Part shown: positions 19,401 through 28,839 of the stretch, piece after piece
Numbering within the stretch: position 1 is the first letter of the stretch
Layout: the number at the start of each line of letters is the position of its first letter
Assembly (NCBI GenBank): GCA_963778655.1
Contig: CAVZVA010000011.1
Span: 320,001-384,000 of the forward strand
Length of the DNA stretch: 64,000 bases
Direction: 5' to 3'
From: an uncultured delta proteobacterium
GTDB lineage: Bacteria > Myxococcota_A > Polyangia > Polyangiales > JAFGIB01
The notes under the pieces: generated by a model
Told to the model about the DNA's origin: nothing
The model's database searches: none
Seen by the model: only the letters and a program-made list of their open reading frames with translations
Made by a program: the position numbers and the translations under genes

Positions 19401-20652
19401 TCGGCGGGTGGAGCTGCTGGCCAGGCAGGCCGGCTCCGGCTGGCAAGCGGACGTGTGGGCGCCATCCAGCGCGCTGCTGTGCAACGTGCTGACCGGCGAT
19501 CTGATCGGGGCCAAGCGCGTCGCCGCGCAGCTCGCGAGCCTGGCCCGCGAGATCCCTTCCCTTGAGCTACACGCCCGTGGAGCAGTGGGTTTTTACACCC
19601 ACTTGCGCGGCGAACATCAGCGCTCCAGTGACATCGCCGCCGCGACCATCGCCAGCGTGCCGCCACGTTCGTTTATCGGCTGGACGACCCTGATCGCGGG
19701 GCAAATGAGCTCCCTGACGCCCCTGGGTCGGGCCGAGGAGGCCCGCCGGCTCGGCCTGCAGACGCTGGCGTTGCTCGACGCCGAGGATCGCGGAATCAGC
19801 GCGATGGTGGTCACGCTGGTGACCGAGCTGGCGCGCGCCGAGGCCGAGCTCGGCGAGCTCGATGTCGCGGCGAGCCGGCTCGAGGCTTTCCTGACCGAGC
19901 TCGGCGAGGGCGGCGGTCCGGCGGTACGCGCCACGCTGCACGAGGCGCGCGCGCAGGTGGCGCTACTGGCCGGGGACGGCCCCGCCGCGCGGCTGCACCT
20001 GTCGTTGATGGAACGCTGCGCGCGGCCGACCGGGCACCCGGCGCTGATCGCGCGCTGCGAACGCCTGCGACGTGCGCTCGATGCCGGCGATGGACACGCG
20101 CTCGTCACCTCGCGCGCCACGCTGGATCTCGCGCTGCCTGCTGAGGACGAGCTGATCGCCTTGGTGCGCCGTTTCGAGGGCAAGGGTGAGCGCCACGACT
20201 GTGTGCTCGACCTGCTGCTCGAGCACACCGGCGCCTCGAGCGGAGCGCTGTTCGGCTGCGAAGACGGCGAGCTTGTGCTGCTGTCGCCGCTCGGCGAAGA
20301 GACCGCCGACGCGCTGCGCGCGCACGCGCGCGCGCGCCAGGAGCTGGAGCATCGGGCTCGGGAGGATGCGGTCACACTGGCCCAGAGCGTGACCCCGCAC
20401 GCGGAGTCGGTCCGTGGACAGCGCTGCGCGGCCGCGGCGGAGCCGCCGCTAGTCGCGTTCATGCTCGAGGTCGCGCGCGAGCACACCACTGCGCCGGTTG
20501 CCGTAGCGGTGCTGCGCCCTGCCCCGGAGCCCCTGCGCGAGCCGCCGGCGAGCCTGTTGCGCGCGCTCGGCGAAGCCCTGAGCGAGCCTCTATCCGCGTC
20601 GACAGAGGCGAACCCGACGGCGCACGCCGCGCTCGAGCCGCGCTCCGACTGA
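16489..20652 (+). CDS. Large Ser/Thr protein kinase with degenerate NTPase and helical domains; paralog of 5847-10172
   Basis: LARGGMG, VALK, FEREYHTLAGLKHPRIIEVY, HRDLSPRN, DFG, PPE; P-loop position reads AETGMGSG. Confidence 0.9.
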   Translation: MALTAGEVTRLEPELVAGRYRVEARLARGGMGAVYRAHDRVRGRPVALKRLVADADARRRARMFEREYHTLAGLKHPRIIEVYEYGVDERGAYYTMELLDGRDLRELAPVPYRAACSYLRDVASSLALLHARRLLHRDLSPRNVRITSDARAKLIDFGALTGFGRNPTVVGTPPLVPPEGLYGAALDQRADLYSLGALSYWVLTGRHAFEVKRIDELQDAWNTHPLPPSALAPADAEGSSFPDELDHLVLSLLSRDPMARPSSAAEVIERLSVIAGLPPDQEPLSALSYLHGGKTIGRTRERAKLRKRLKAALGGAGSAVAIEAETGMGSGRILHDLAIGARLQGAVAVVVDAAQGSASYAVLEEIAHALFAALPHKAPAAMGEHQAALARFVPGRGRHSTRLSAVSSESGGGDPRELRLRTQTALLAWLEALCAEVPLLIAVHNFHHADESSAALLAALARRSARGRLLLALAFDPSAVPSAAPALADVRQHAARIGLLGLDEDEVRALVEATFGAVPGSERLAARLHEATEGKPQACLDLMQHLVEQGVIAFAGGVWALPQELDLSELTAGRDHVLDERLARLDPDARRLMALLCVHRGPLPLERLESLAALERLREPLKLLSLLERHGVAVCDEEGARFVHRRMHAAAQHLLDEPERRRLHALLGAELLREEADDVETRLEAGWHLLEGGEERRGADLLAEMGSVLSLDADGMAAALPALRAALAAFRRQGRSKREQARLLASLVMSGFYVDRKLVDTYGDDAVAALQDVLGLSLARRLRPLLGRRLGDAIGLSVGLLRSVIDCGPRRALAAYKELATTFTLVIVFLTSAWALMLDAERAQHYAELLAPLRVLGADHAVEISYRYACALARLPEDRIADTLAACRKLLARVDGERPIRDMAPVHRSLIRGALLYSVGALETFRGDPEALRFAAELERSTLFMHELYAAQIRANYHGVRGELAEAERWVRRVELLARQAGSGWQADVWAPSSALLCNVLTGDLIGAKRVAAQLASLAREIPSLELHARGAVGFYTHLRGEHQRSSDIAAATIASVPPRSFIGWTTLIAGQMSSLTPLGRAEEARRLGLQTLALLDAEDRGISAMVVTLVTELARAEAELGELDVAASRLEAFLTELGEGGGPAVRATLHEARAQVALLAGDGPAARLHLSLMERCARPTGHPALIARCERLRRALDAGDGHALVTSRATLDLALPAEDELIALVRRFEGKGERHDCVLDLLLEHTGASSGALFGCEDGELVLLSPLGEETADALRAHARARQELEHRAREDAVTLAQSVTPHAESVRGQRCAAAAEPPLVAFMLEVAREHTTAPVAVAVLRPAPEPLREPPASLLRALGEALSEPLSASTEANPTAHAALEPRSD

Positions 20653-20732
20653 CGCCCGATTTTTCCAAGCCGAAACGCGACGGACATGGCCAGCTGCTGG
20701 TGTGTGGCACACACCTTCCCTTGGACGAGGCC

Positions 20733-21785
20733 ATGATGACCAGCAAAGCCCGCAAAGCGGTTGCGAGCGCGTTCGCTCTCGCGCTCTTCTTCGTTTGCAG
20801 CGGAGCCAGCCGCCCGGCGCCGCGGGCGGCTCCGCCCCCGCAGCGGCCCGAAACAATCCGAGGACCGGCGGCGGGCAAGGCCCCTCCCCTGCGCGTGGCC
20901 TACAGCGACTGGCCGGGGTGGACCGCGTTCGAGGTCGGTATCCAGAAAGGATGGTTCAAGCAGGCGGGCGTCGACGTGGTGTTCTCCTGGTTCGACTACC
21001 TGCCGTCGATGGAGGCGTTTACCGCCGGCAAGGTCGACGCAGTCATGGTCACCAACGGCGACGCTCTGGTCACCGGAGCCAACGGCGCCAAGAGCAAGAT
21101 GATCCTGGTCACCGACTACAGCAACGGTAACGACAAGGTCATCGCCAAACCGGGCATCAAGAGCCTCAAGCAGCTCAAGGGCAAGAAGATCGGCCTCGAG
21201 CTGACGTTGGTCGAGCACCTGCTGCTACTGCAGGGGCTGCAGAAGATCGGCATGAAGCAGTCCGACGTCACCCTGGTCAACTTCCCCACCAACGAAACGC
21301 CGCAGGCGCTGGCTTCGGGCCAGGTCGACGCGGTCGCGGCCTGGTACCCGACCTCGAGCCAGGCGCTGACCTCGGTCGCCGGCTCCAAGGCCGTGTTCAC
21401 CAGCGCGGACGTGCCCGGGCTGATCTACGACACGGTGGCCGTGAACCCGCAGAGCCTGGCCAAGCGCAAGGCGGACTGGGCGAAGTTCGTCAAGGTCTGG
21501 TACCGCATCGCCGACTTCGTGCGCGATCCCAAGACCCAGCCCGAGGCGGTCAAGATCATGGCGGCCAAGGTCGGCGTCAAGCCCGCAGAATACGCCGCGG
21601 CGATGCCGGGCACGTATTTCCTTTCGCTGGCGGACGCCAAGAAGCGCTTCGTCAAGGGCGCCGGGCTCGGCTCACTGTACGGCTCGAGCAAGATCGCCGA
21701 TGACTTCAACGTCAAGAACAAGGTCTACGCGAAATCCCAACCGGTCGACGAGTACATCGATCCGGAGATCATCAAGTCGCTGTGA
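20733..21785 (+). CDS. ABC substrate-binding protein (SsuA/TauA-like, urea/guanidine carboxylase-associated)
   Basis: Signal peptide; RVAYSDWPGW, WFDYLPSMEAF, TDYSNGND; first gene of the carboxylase operon; GAGG just upstream of ATG. Confidence 0.88.
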   Translation: MMTSKARKAVASAFALALFFVCSGASRPAPRAAPPPQRPETIRGPAAGKAPPLRVAYSDWPGWTAFEVGIQKGWFKQAGVDVVFSWFDYLPSMEAFTAGKVDAVMVTNGDALVTGANGAKSKMILVTDYSNGNDKVIAKPGIKSLKQLKGKKIGLELTLVEHLLLLQGLQKIGMKQSDVTLVNFPTNETPQALASGQVDAVAAWYPTSSQALTSVAGSKAVFTSADVPGLIYDTVAVNPQSLAKRKADWAKFVKVWYRIADFVRDPKTQPEAVKIMAAKVGVKPAEYAAAMPGTYFLSLADAKKRFVKGAGLGSLYGSSKIADDFNVKNKVYAKSQPVDEYIDPEIIKSL

Positions 21786-21800
21786 ACGCGTGAGGTGGTG

Positions 21801-22841
21801 ATGCGCCCAGGCGACTGGCTCGCGGTACGCAAGGAGCTCCCGCCACGCCCGAGGCTGGCGATGGCGGCGCTGGCCTTCGCCATCCCGCTCGCGCTGTGGT
21901 CGACCGTCAGCTACGTGCCCTTCATCTGGCACCCGCTGGTGGAGATCGAGCAACCCGGCAGCGTCGACTATTTCGAGCGCGGCATGCTGGTGGAGCGCGC
22001 CGCCTTTCAAGCCGAGAACGACAAGGCGCTGGCCGAGCACCGCGCGCAGGCGAGCGGCGAGCGGCGCAACCCGATCTACCTGCCTGCGCCGCACGAGGTC
22101 GCCCGCGCGCTGTACACCGCATTCCGCACCCCGCCCCGACTACCGACCGAGCCCTGGCTGCACCAGAGCCTGTGGCACAGCATCAAGCTGATCTTCTCGG
22201 GCTTCTTGCTCTCGTCGGCGTTCGGCGTGCCGCTCGGCATCCTGTGCGGGACGTTCTCGCTGTTCTCGAAGCTGAGCGAGCCGTTCATCGAGTTCTTCCG
22301 CTATCTGCCGGCGCCCGCGTTCGGGGCGCTCTCGGTCGCGGTGCTGGGCATCTACGACGCTCCCAAGGTCGCCATCATCTTCATCGGCACCTTCTTCCAG
22401 CAGGTGCTGGTCGTGGCGAACACCACGCGCAAGCTCGAGCTGCCGCTGATCGAGGCCGCCCAGACGCTCGGCGCGAACCGGCGCCAGCTGCTGTGGAAGG
22501 TGGTGGTTCCCGGCGTGATGGTCGACCTGTTCACCGATATGCGGGTGTTGCTGGGCTGGGCCTGGACCTACCTGATCGTCGCCGAGATGGTGGGCACGAC
22601 CAGTGGCATCACCTATTTCATCAACCAACAGGCGCGCTACCGCAACTACCAGAACGTCTACGCCGCGATCATGATGATCGGGCTGATCGGGCTGTGCAGC
22701 GACCTCGCGCTGGCGCGGCTCGGACGCAGCCTCTTCCCCTGGCGTCCGGACAGCACGCGGCTGCCGTTCTCGGCGCTGGTGCGCGGCCTGCTGCCCTCGC
22801 GCGCGCGGCGCCGCGCCTCCGCCGAAGGGCTGACGGCGTGA
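21801..22841 (+). CDS. ABC permease (SsuC/TauC-like)
   Basis: [24 protein letters not shown] (EAA motif), [10 protein letters not shown]. Confidence 0.92.
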   Translation: MRPGDWLAVRKELPPRPRLAMAALAFAIPLALWSTVSYVPFIWHPLVEIEQPGSVDYFERGMLVERAAFQAENDKALAEHRAQASGERRNPIYLPAPHEVARALYTAFRTPPRLPTEPWLHQSLWHSIKLIFSGFLLSSAFGVPLGILCGTFSLFSKLSEPFIEFFRYLPAPAFGALSVAVLGIYDAPKVAIIFIGTFFQQVLVVANTTRKLELPLIEAAQTLGANRRQLLWKVVVPGVMVDLFTDMRVLLGWAWTYLIVAEMVGTTSGITYFINQQARYRNYQNVYAAIMMIGLIGLCSDLALARLGRSLFPWRPDSTRLPFSALVRGLLPSRARRRASAEGLTA

Positions 22842-23765
22842 GCGGCACCAGCGGCGAGACTGCGGCCGGCGCGCCCGCACTGGCGCTGCCGAGCTACAAG
22901 GAGCAGCCGCCGGAGGTGCGCGCGCGCTTCGCGCGGCTGTATGCGCGCCCGGTGATCCTGGACGTGCAGGCGCTGAGCCGGCGCTTCCAGAGCGACTCCG
23001 GCCCGGTCACGGCGCTCGAGGGGATCGGGCTGCGCGCCCACCGCCGCGAGCTGCTGTGCGTGATCGGCGCGTCGGGCTGCGGCAAGTCCACGCTGGTGCG
23101 GATCCTGGCCGGGCTCGACGAGCCCAGCGCGGGCGAGGTGCTGCTCGACGGCAAGCCGGTGCACGGCCCGGGCCCGGACCGCGGCATGGTGTTCCAGGGC
23201 TACACCCTGTTCCCCTGGCGCACCGTGCTCCAGAACGTGATGTTCGGGCTCGAGGTGCGCGGGCAGAGCGCGTCCTCGGCCGAAGCCGAGGCGCGCGAGT
23301 GGGTCGAGATCGTGGGTCTGACCCGCTTCACCGACGCCTACCCCCACCAGCTCTCGGGCGGCATGAAGCAACGCGTGGCGATCGCGCGCGCGCTGGCGAA
23401 CCGGCCCCGCATCCTGCTGATGGACGAGCCGTTCGCGGCGCTCGATGCCCAGACCCGCGCATTGATGCAGTCGTACCTGCTGGAGCTCTGGCGCCAGATC
23501 GACATTACCATCGTCTTCGTCACCCACGATCTCGAGGAAGCGGTATATCTGGCCGACCGGATCGTGGTGCTGGGCTCCAATCCGGGTCACGTGCAGGAGG
23601 TGGTCGAGGTGCCCGTCCCCTCGCCCGCGCTCGCGGGAACAAATGATCAGCCCGCTCTTCATCGCGACCAAGCAGCACCTGGAGTCGCTGATCCACGCCA
23701 AAGCCGCGGATGCAGAGCCCCGCCCACGCATTCGCATGACCCAGGTCGGCGACGAGGTGGACTGA
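22838..23765 (+). CDS. ABC ATP-binding protein (SsuB/TauB-like) with apparent +1 frameshift at the C-run 23617-23620
   Basis: [27 protein letters not shown]. Removing one C gives a normal C-terminus [14 protein letters not shown]...GDEVD* ending just before the next gene. Confidence 0.88.
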
Positions 23766-23789
23766 GCTGCGTTGCCCCGGGAGGTGAGC

Positions 23790-24554
23790 ATGAGCCTGCA
23801 ACCGATTCCAGAGAAGCGTCTGCTGTTCGAGGAAACCGTGCCCGGCGGCGCGATGTGGTCGGGCGTGCTGCGCCGGCACCACGCGCTGCGGTTGGCCGAT
23901 CTCGAGGGTGGCGCCAACGTCTCGATGCTGTTGTTCAACCGCGAGCAGATGCTCGAGCGTTACAACATGCCGGACACGCTCAAGGCCCAGCACGTGGCTT
24001 ACCTGACCAAAGGCCGTGTGCTGTACTCGGACATGGGTCGCATCCTGTGCTCGATCACCGAGGACACCAGCGGCTGGCACGATACGGTGTGCGGGCTCGG
24101 CGACGCCGCCCTGTGTCGGGCCAAATACGGACGCACGCGCTACCAGGAGCAGCGCAATGACTTCCACCGCAACGGCCGCGACCAGATGCTGACCGAGCTT
24201 GCCAAGTGGGGCCTGGGCGCGCGCGATCTGGTGCCGAACCTCAACCTGTTCAGCAAGGTGACGGCCGGCGACGACGGCAACCTGCGTTTCGACATGGGCC
24301 ACGCCCGGGCGGGCGCGGCGATCGATCTACGCGCGGAGATGCACGTGCTGGTCGTGCTGAACACCTGCCAGCACCCGCTCGATCCGAACCCGGCCTACGC
24401 CCCCAAGCCGGTCAAGCTCGAGGTCTACCGCGCCGATCCACCGGGACCGGACGACCCGTGCAGGCGCTCGCGCCCGGAAAACGAGCGCGGCTTCATCAAC
24501 ACCGAACGCATGTTCACCGGCGTGGGCACGGGCGGCACGGAGCTTTCGTCATGA
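23790..24554 (+). CDS. Urea carboxylase-associated protein (DUF1989; carboxyguanidine deiminase CgdAB-type subunit)
   Basis: [48 protein letters not shown]; upstream of the carboxylase. Confidence 0.9.
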   Translation: MSLQPIPEKRLLFEETVPGGAMWSGVLRRHHALRLADLEGGANVSMLLFNREQMLERYNMPDTLKAQHVAYLTKGRVLYSDMGRILCSITEDTSGWHDTVCGLGDAALCRAKYGRTRYQEQRNDFHRNGRDQMLTELAKWGLGARDLVPNLNLFSKVTAGDDGNLRFDMGHARAGAAIDLRAEMHVLVVLNTCQHPLDPNPAYAPKPVKLEVYRADPPGPDDPCRRSRPENERGFINTERMFTGVGTGGTELSS

Positions 24555-25195
24555 GCCTCTTCACGCAGAGCCGGCTCGATGCCGGGGCCGCGCTGGTCGA
24601 CGTCATCGTGCCCGCCGGGGAGCACTGGTCCGGGCACATCGCCGAGGGCCAGGTCCTCCGCATCGTGGACCTTGAGGGTAACCAGGCGGTCGACACGTTG
24701 TTCTTCAACGCCGACGACCCGGACGAGCGCTACAGCGCGAGCGACACCATCCGCCACCAGGGCAACCTGTACCTGACCACGGGCAGCGTGCTGCGCTCCA
24801 CCGCCGGCACGCCCATGTTGAGCATCGTGGCCGACACCTGCGGGCGCCACGACACCCTCGGCGGGGCGTGCTCCTCGGAGTCCAACACCGTGCGCTACGG
24901 GCACCACACCCGCTACATGCACTCGTGCCGCGACAATTTCCTGCTCGCGGCCGCGCGCTGCGGACTGTCGCTCGACAAGCGCGACATCACCAACAACATC
25001 AACTTCTTCATGAACGTACCGGTCACCCAGGACGGCAAGCTGACCTTCGAGGACGGCATCTCCGCAGGCGGCAAGTACGTGGAGCTGCGCGCCGAGCTCG
25101 ACCTGCTGTGCCTGATCTCCAACTGCCCCCAGCTCAACAATCCCTGCAACGCCTACAACCCCACCCCGATCCGGCTCCTGATCTGGAACGCGTGA
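24551..25195 (+). CDS. Urea carboxylase-associated protein (DUF1989; second CgdAB-type subunit)
   Basis: [57 protein letters not shown] overlap. Confidence 0.92.
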   Translation: MSLFTQSRLDAGAALVDVIVPAGEHWSGHIAEGQVLRIVDLEGNQAVDTLFFNADDPDERYSASDTIRHQGNLYLTTGSVLRSTAGTPMLSIVADTCGRHDTLGGACSSESNTVRYGHHTRYMHSCRDNFLLAAARCGLSLDKRDITNNINFFMNVPVTQDGKLTFEDGISAGGKYVELRAELDLLCLISNCPQLNNPCNAYNPTPIRLLIWNA

Positions 25196-25208
25196 ACGGA
25201 GCACGCGC

Positions 25209-28200
25209 GTGTTCGACAAGGTCCTGATCGCCAACCGCGGGGAAATCGCCTGCCGTATCCAGCGAACGCTGCGGCGCATGGGCATCGCCTCGGTCGCGGT
25301 GTGCTCCGAGGCCGACGCGCACGCGCGGCACGTGCGCGAGGCCGACCAGGCGGTGTGCCTCGGGCCGAGCCGCGCCGCCGAGAGCTACCTCTGCATCGAG
25401 CGGGTGCTCGAGGCCGCGCGCACCACCGGCGCGCAGGCGATCCATCCCGGCTACGGCTTTCTGAGTGAAAGCGCGGCGTTCGCGCAGGCCTGCGAGGCCG
25501 CGGGCATCGCCTTCATCGGCCCGAGCGCCGAGCAGATCCGCCGCTTCGGCCTCAAGCACGAGGCGCGCGCCCTGGCGCTGGCGCAGGGCGTGCCGCTGCT
25601 GCCCGGGACCGAGCTGCTGCCCTCGCTCGAGCACGCGCTGCAGGCCGCCGAGCGCATTGGCTACCCGGTGATGCTCAAGAGCACGGCCGGCGGCGGCGGC
25701 ATCGGGCTGCGCGTTTGCGGCGACGCCCAGGCGCTGCGCGCCGCGTTCGCGGCGGTCCACGCGCTGAGCAGCAGCCACTTCGGCGACGGCGGCGTGTTCC
25801 TGGAGCGCTACCTGGAGCGCGCGCGCCACGTCGAGGTGCAGATCTTCGGCGACGGCAAGGGCCACGTGCTGGCGCTGGGCGAGCGCGACTGCTCGGTACA
25901 GCGGCGCAACCAGAAGGTGATCGAGGAGACGCCCGCGCCGGGACTGGCGGAAGCGGCACGCGCAGCGCTGCTCGACGCCGCGCTGCGACTGGCGCGCGCG
26001 GTCGGCTATGCCTCGGCCGGCACGGTCGAATTCGTGCTCGACGCCGAGCGCGAGCAGAGCTACTTCCTCGAGGTCAACACGCGCCTGCAGGTCGAGCACG
26101 CGGTGACCGAGGCGGTCACCGGCATCGATCTGGTGCAGTGGATGGTGCAGCTGGCGGCTGGCGAGCTCACGCTGCCGGCGGAGCCGCCGCCCGCGCGCGG
26201 CGCCGCGATCGAGGTCCGACTCTACGCCGAAGACCCGAACAAGAATTGCCAGCCCTGCACCGGCACGCTGACCCACGTGGCACTGCCGCAAGGCGCGCGC
26301 TGCGACAGCTGGGTCGAGAATGGCACCGAGATCACACCGCACTACGACCCCCTGCTCGCCAAGCTGATCGTCTCGGGCGACACCCGCGCCGAGGCCCTGC
26401 GCGCGCTGCGCCGCGCGCTGCGCGACACCCGCATCGACGGGGTCGAGAGCAACCTCGCCCACCTGCGCCAGATCGCCGGCGACACCGCCTTCGAGCGCGG
26501 CGGCGTGAGCACGCGCTACCTCGACAGCTTCGTGTATGCGCCGCGCACCCTCGATGTGCTCGAACCGGGCACGCAGAGCACGGTGCAGGATCATCCCGGG
26601 CGCCTGGGCATGTGGGCGGTGGGCGTACCGCCCTCGGGACCGATGGACGACTTCTCGTTTCGGCTCGCCAACCGCCTGGTCGGCAACGCTCCCGGCGCCG
26701 CGGCGCTGGAGCTCACGCTGTCCGGCCCCAAGCTGGCGTTCAACTGCGACGCGCTGATCGCGCTCGCCGGCGCGCCCATGGCTGCGGCGCTCGACGGCCG
26801 GCCGATCGAATGGAACCGCGCGATCCGGGTGCCCGCGGGCGCGGTGCTGGAGCTCGGCGCCGTCTTGGGCGCGGGCTGCCGCGCCTACCTCGCGCTGCGC
26901 GGCGGGCTCGACCTGGCGCCCTACCTGGGCAGCGCCGCGACCTTCATGCTCGGCCGCTTCGGCGGCCACGGCGGGCGCGCCCTACGCGTGGGCGACGTGC
27001 TGCACCTCGGCTCCGAAGCCGACGCGATCCACGCGCCAGCCGAAGGCGCTGCCGAGCCGCCGCCCTTTCCGGAGCCGTGGGAGATCGGCGTGCTGGACGG
27101 ACCCCACGGCGCGCCCGACTTCTTCACCGAGCAGGACATCGAGGCCTTCTACGCGGCGACCTGGCAGGTCCACTTCAACTCCGACCGCACCGGCGTGCGG
27201 CTGCTTGGACCCAAGCCACAGTGGGCGCGCAAGGACGGCGGCGAGGCCGGCCTGCACCCGAGCAACATCCACGACAACGCCTACGCGGTGGGCACCATCG
27301 ACTACACCGGTGACATGCCGATCATCCTCGGGCCCGATGGTCCCAGCCTGGGCGGCTTCGTGTGCCCAGCGACGATCGTACGCGCCGAGCGCTGGAAGAT
27401 GGGCCAGCTCAAGGCCGGCGACCGCGTGCGCTTCGCACGCGTGGACGAGGCGCGCGCCGCCGTGCTGCTGCGCGCACAAGAGGACGCGCTGCAGCCCGCG
27501 GCCGCGGCGCGCCCCACGGCACGCGCCCGCCCCACCGCCGGCGCACGCCACGAAGACGCCACGCTCGGCGGCCTGGCCGCGACCGCCGCGCACCCGCGCG
27601 TCGTGTACCGGCGCGCCGGAGATGACTACCTGCTGGTCGAGTATGGACCGCTCGAGCTCGACCTCGGGCTGCGCCTGCGCGTGCACGCGCTGATGCAGGC
27701 GCTGCAGGCGCGCGCGCTGCCTGCGATCCGCGAGCTCACTCCCGGCATCCGTTCGCTGCAGATCCGCTACGCGCCCGAGCTGCTCGACACCAGTGCCCTG
27801 CTGCAGCTGCTTGCGGAGCTCGAGCGCGACCTGCCCGCGGTCGACGAGCTCGCGCTGCCCACGCGGGTGGTGCACCTGCCGCTGTCCTGGGAAGACCCGG
27901 CCACGCTGCTCGCGATCGAGAAGTACATGCGCCTGGTGCGCAAGGACGCTCCCTGGTGCCCGAGCAACCTCGAGTTCATCCGCCGCATCAACGGCCTGCC
28001 CAGCGCCGACGAGGTACGCCGCATCGTATTCGACGCCAGCTACCTGGTGCTCGGCCTGGGCGATGTCTACTTGGGCGCGCCGGTCGCCACGCCGCTCGAC
28101 CCGCGCCATCGCCTGGTCACCACCAAGTACAATCCCGCGCGTACCTGGACGCCGGAAAACGCGGTCGGCATCGGCGGCGCGTACCTGTGCGTCTACGGCA

Positions 28201-28817
28201 TGGAGGGGCCCGGCGGCTACCAGCTCGTGGGCCGCACCCTGCAGATGTGGAACACCTACCGGACGACGCGCGAATTCGAGCCCGGGAAACCTTGGCTGCT
28301 GCGTTTCTTCGACCAGATCAGGTTCTACCCGGTGGCGGCCGACGAGCTACTGCGCATGCGCGCCGACTTCCCCCAGGGCAAGCTGCGCCTGCGCATCGAC
28401 GAGGAAACCTTTCGCTTTCAGGACTACCGCCGGCTGCTGGCCGAGCAGGCCGCCGGCATCGCCGCGTTCAAGCATGCGCAGCAGAGCGCGTTCCTGCAGG
28501 AACGCGAGCGCTGGGCCGCGCAGGGCCAGGACCTCGCGGCACCACAGGCCCTGGAGGCGGCGCCGCGCGAGCAGGCGCACGGCGCGCTGCCGCCCGGGCT
28601 ACACGGAGTCAACAGCCCGCTCGCCGGCAACTTGTGGAAGCTGCTGGTGGAGCCGGGGCAGCGCGTCGAGAGCGGCACGCCGGTCGCGGTAGTCGAGGCG
28701 ATGAAGACCGAGATCAACGTGCACGCCGATCGAGCGGGTCAGGTACGCGAGCTGTGTGCCGAGCCCGGCGTCACGCTCCAGGCCGGCGACCGCCTGCTGC
28801 TGCTCGAGTTGGAGTAG
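25209..28817 (+). CDS. uca: Urea carboxylase family enzyme, probably guanidine carboxylase
   Basis: Biotin carboxylase (IANRGEIA, HPGYGFLSE, EVNTRLQVEH), carboxyltransferase (HFNSDRTGVRL, TTKYNPARTWT) and biotinyl domain (EAMK). Confidence 0.95.
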   Translation: MFDKVLIANRGEIACRIQRTLRRMGIASVAVCSEADAHARHVREADQAVCLGPSRAAESYLCIERVLEAARTTGAQAIHPGYGFLSESAAFAQACEAAGIAFIGPSAEQIRRFGLKHEARALALAQGVPLLPGTELLPSLEHALQAAERIGYPVMLKSTAGGGGIGLRVCGDAQALRAAFAAVHALSSSHFGDGGVFLERYLERARHVEVQIFGDGKGHVLALGERDCSVQRRNQKVIEETPAPGLAEAARAALLDAALRLARAVGYASAGTVEFVLDAEREQSYFLEVNTRLQVEHAVTEAVTGIDLVQWMVQLAAGELTLPAEPPPARGAAIEVRLYAEDPNKNCQPCTGTLTHVALPQGARCDSWVENGTEITPHYDPLLAKLIVSGDTRAEALRALRRALRDTRIDGVESNLAHLRQIAGDTAFERGGVSTRYLDSFVYAPRTLDVLEPGTQSTVQDHPGRLGMWAVGVPPSGPMDDFSFRLANRLVGNAPGAAALELTLSGPKLAFNCDALIALAGAPMAAALDGRPIEWNRAIRVPAGAVLELGAVLGAGCRAYLALRGGLDLAPYLGSAATFMLGRFGGHGGRALRVGDVLHLGSEADAIHAPAEGAAEPPPFPEPWEIGVLDGPHGAPDFFTEQDIEAFYAATWQVHFNSDRTGVRLLGPKPQWARKDGGEAGLHPSNIHDNAYAVGTIDYTGDMPIILGPDGPSLGGFVCPATIVRAERWKMGQLKAGDRVRFARVDEARAAVLLRAQEDALQPAAAARPTARARPTAGARHEDATLGGLAATAAHPRVVYRRAGDDYLLVEYGPLELDLGLRLRVHALMQALQARALPAIRELTPGIRSLQIRYAPELLDTSALLQLLAELERDLPAVDELALPTRVVHLPLSWEDPATLLAIEKYMRLVRKDAPWCPSNLEFIRRINGLPSADEVRRIVFDASYLVLGLGDVYLGAPVATPLDPRHRLVTTKYNPARTWTPENAVGIGGAYLCVYGMEGPGGYQLVGRTLQMWNTYRTTREFEPGKPWLLRFFDQIRFYPVAADELLRMRADFPQGKLRLRIDEETFRFQDYRRLLAEQAAGIAAFKHAQQSAFLQERERWAAQGQDLAAPQALEAAPREQAHGALPPGLHGVNSPLAGNLWKLLVEPGQRVESGTPVAVVEAMKTEINVHADRAGQVRELCAEPGVTLQAGDRLLLLELE

Positions 28818-28839
28818 CCGACCCATTGACACAAAGGCT

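Noticed and set aside
20653..20735. Guanidine riboswitch (GGACGAGG resembles the class III 5' end)
   Set aside because: The match is just the RBS before the ATG; no pseudoknot, no twin ACGR hairpins and no class I core are visible.
21896..24160. 754-aa ORF as a fusion protein
   Set aside because: Only 22838-23620 is real ATPase sequence; the rest is off-frame overlap with neighbouring genes.
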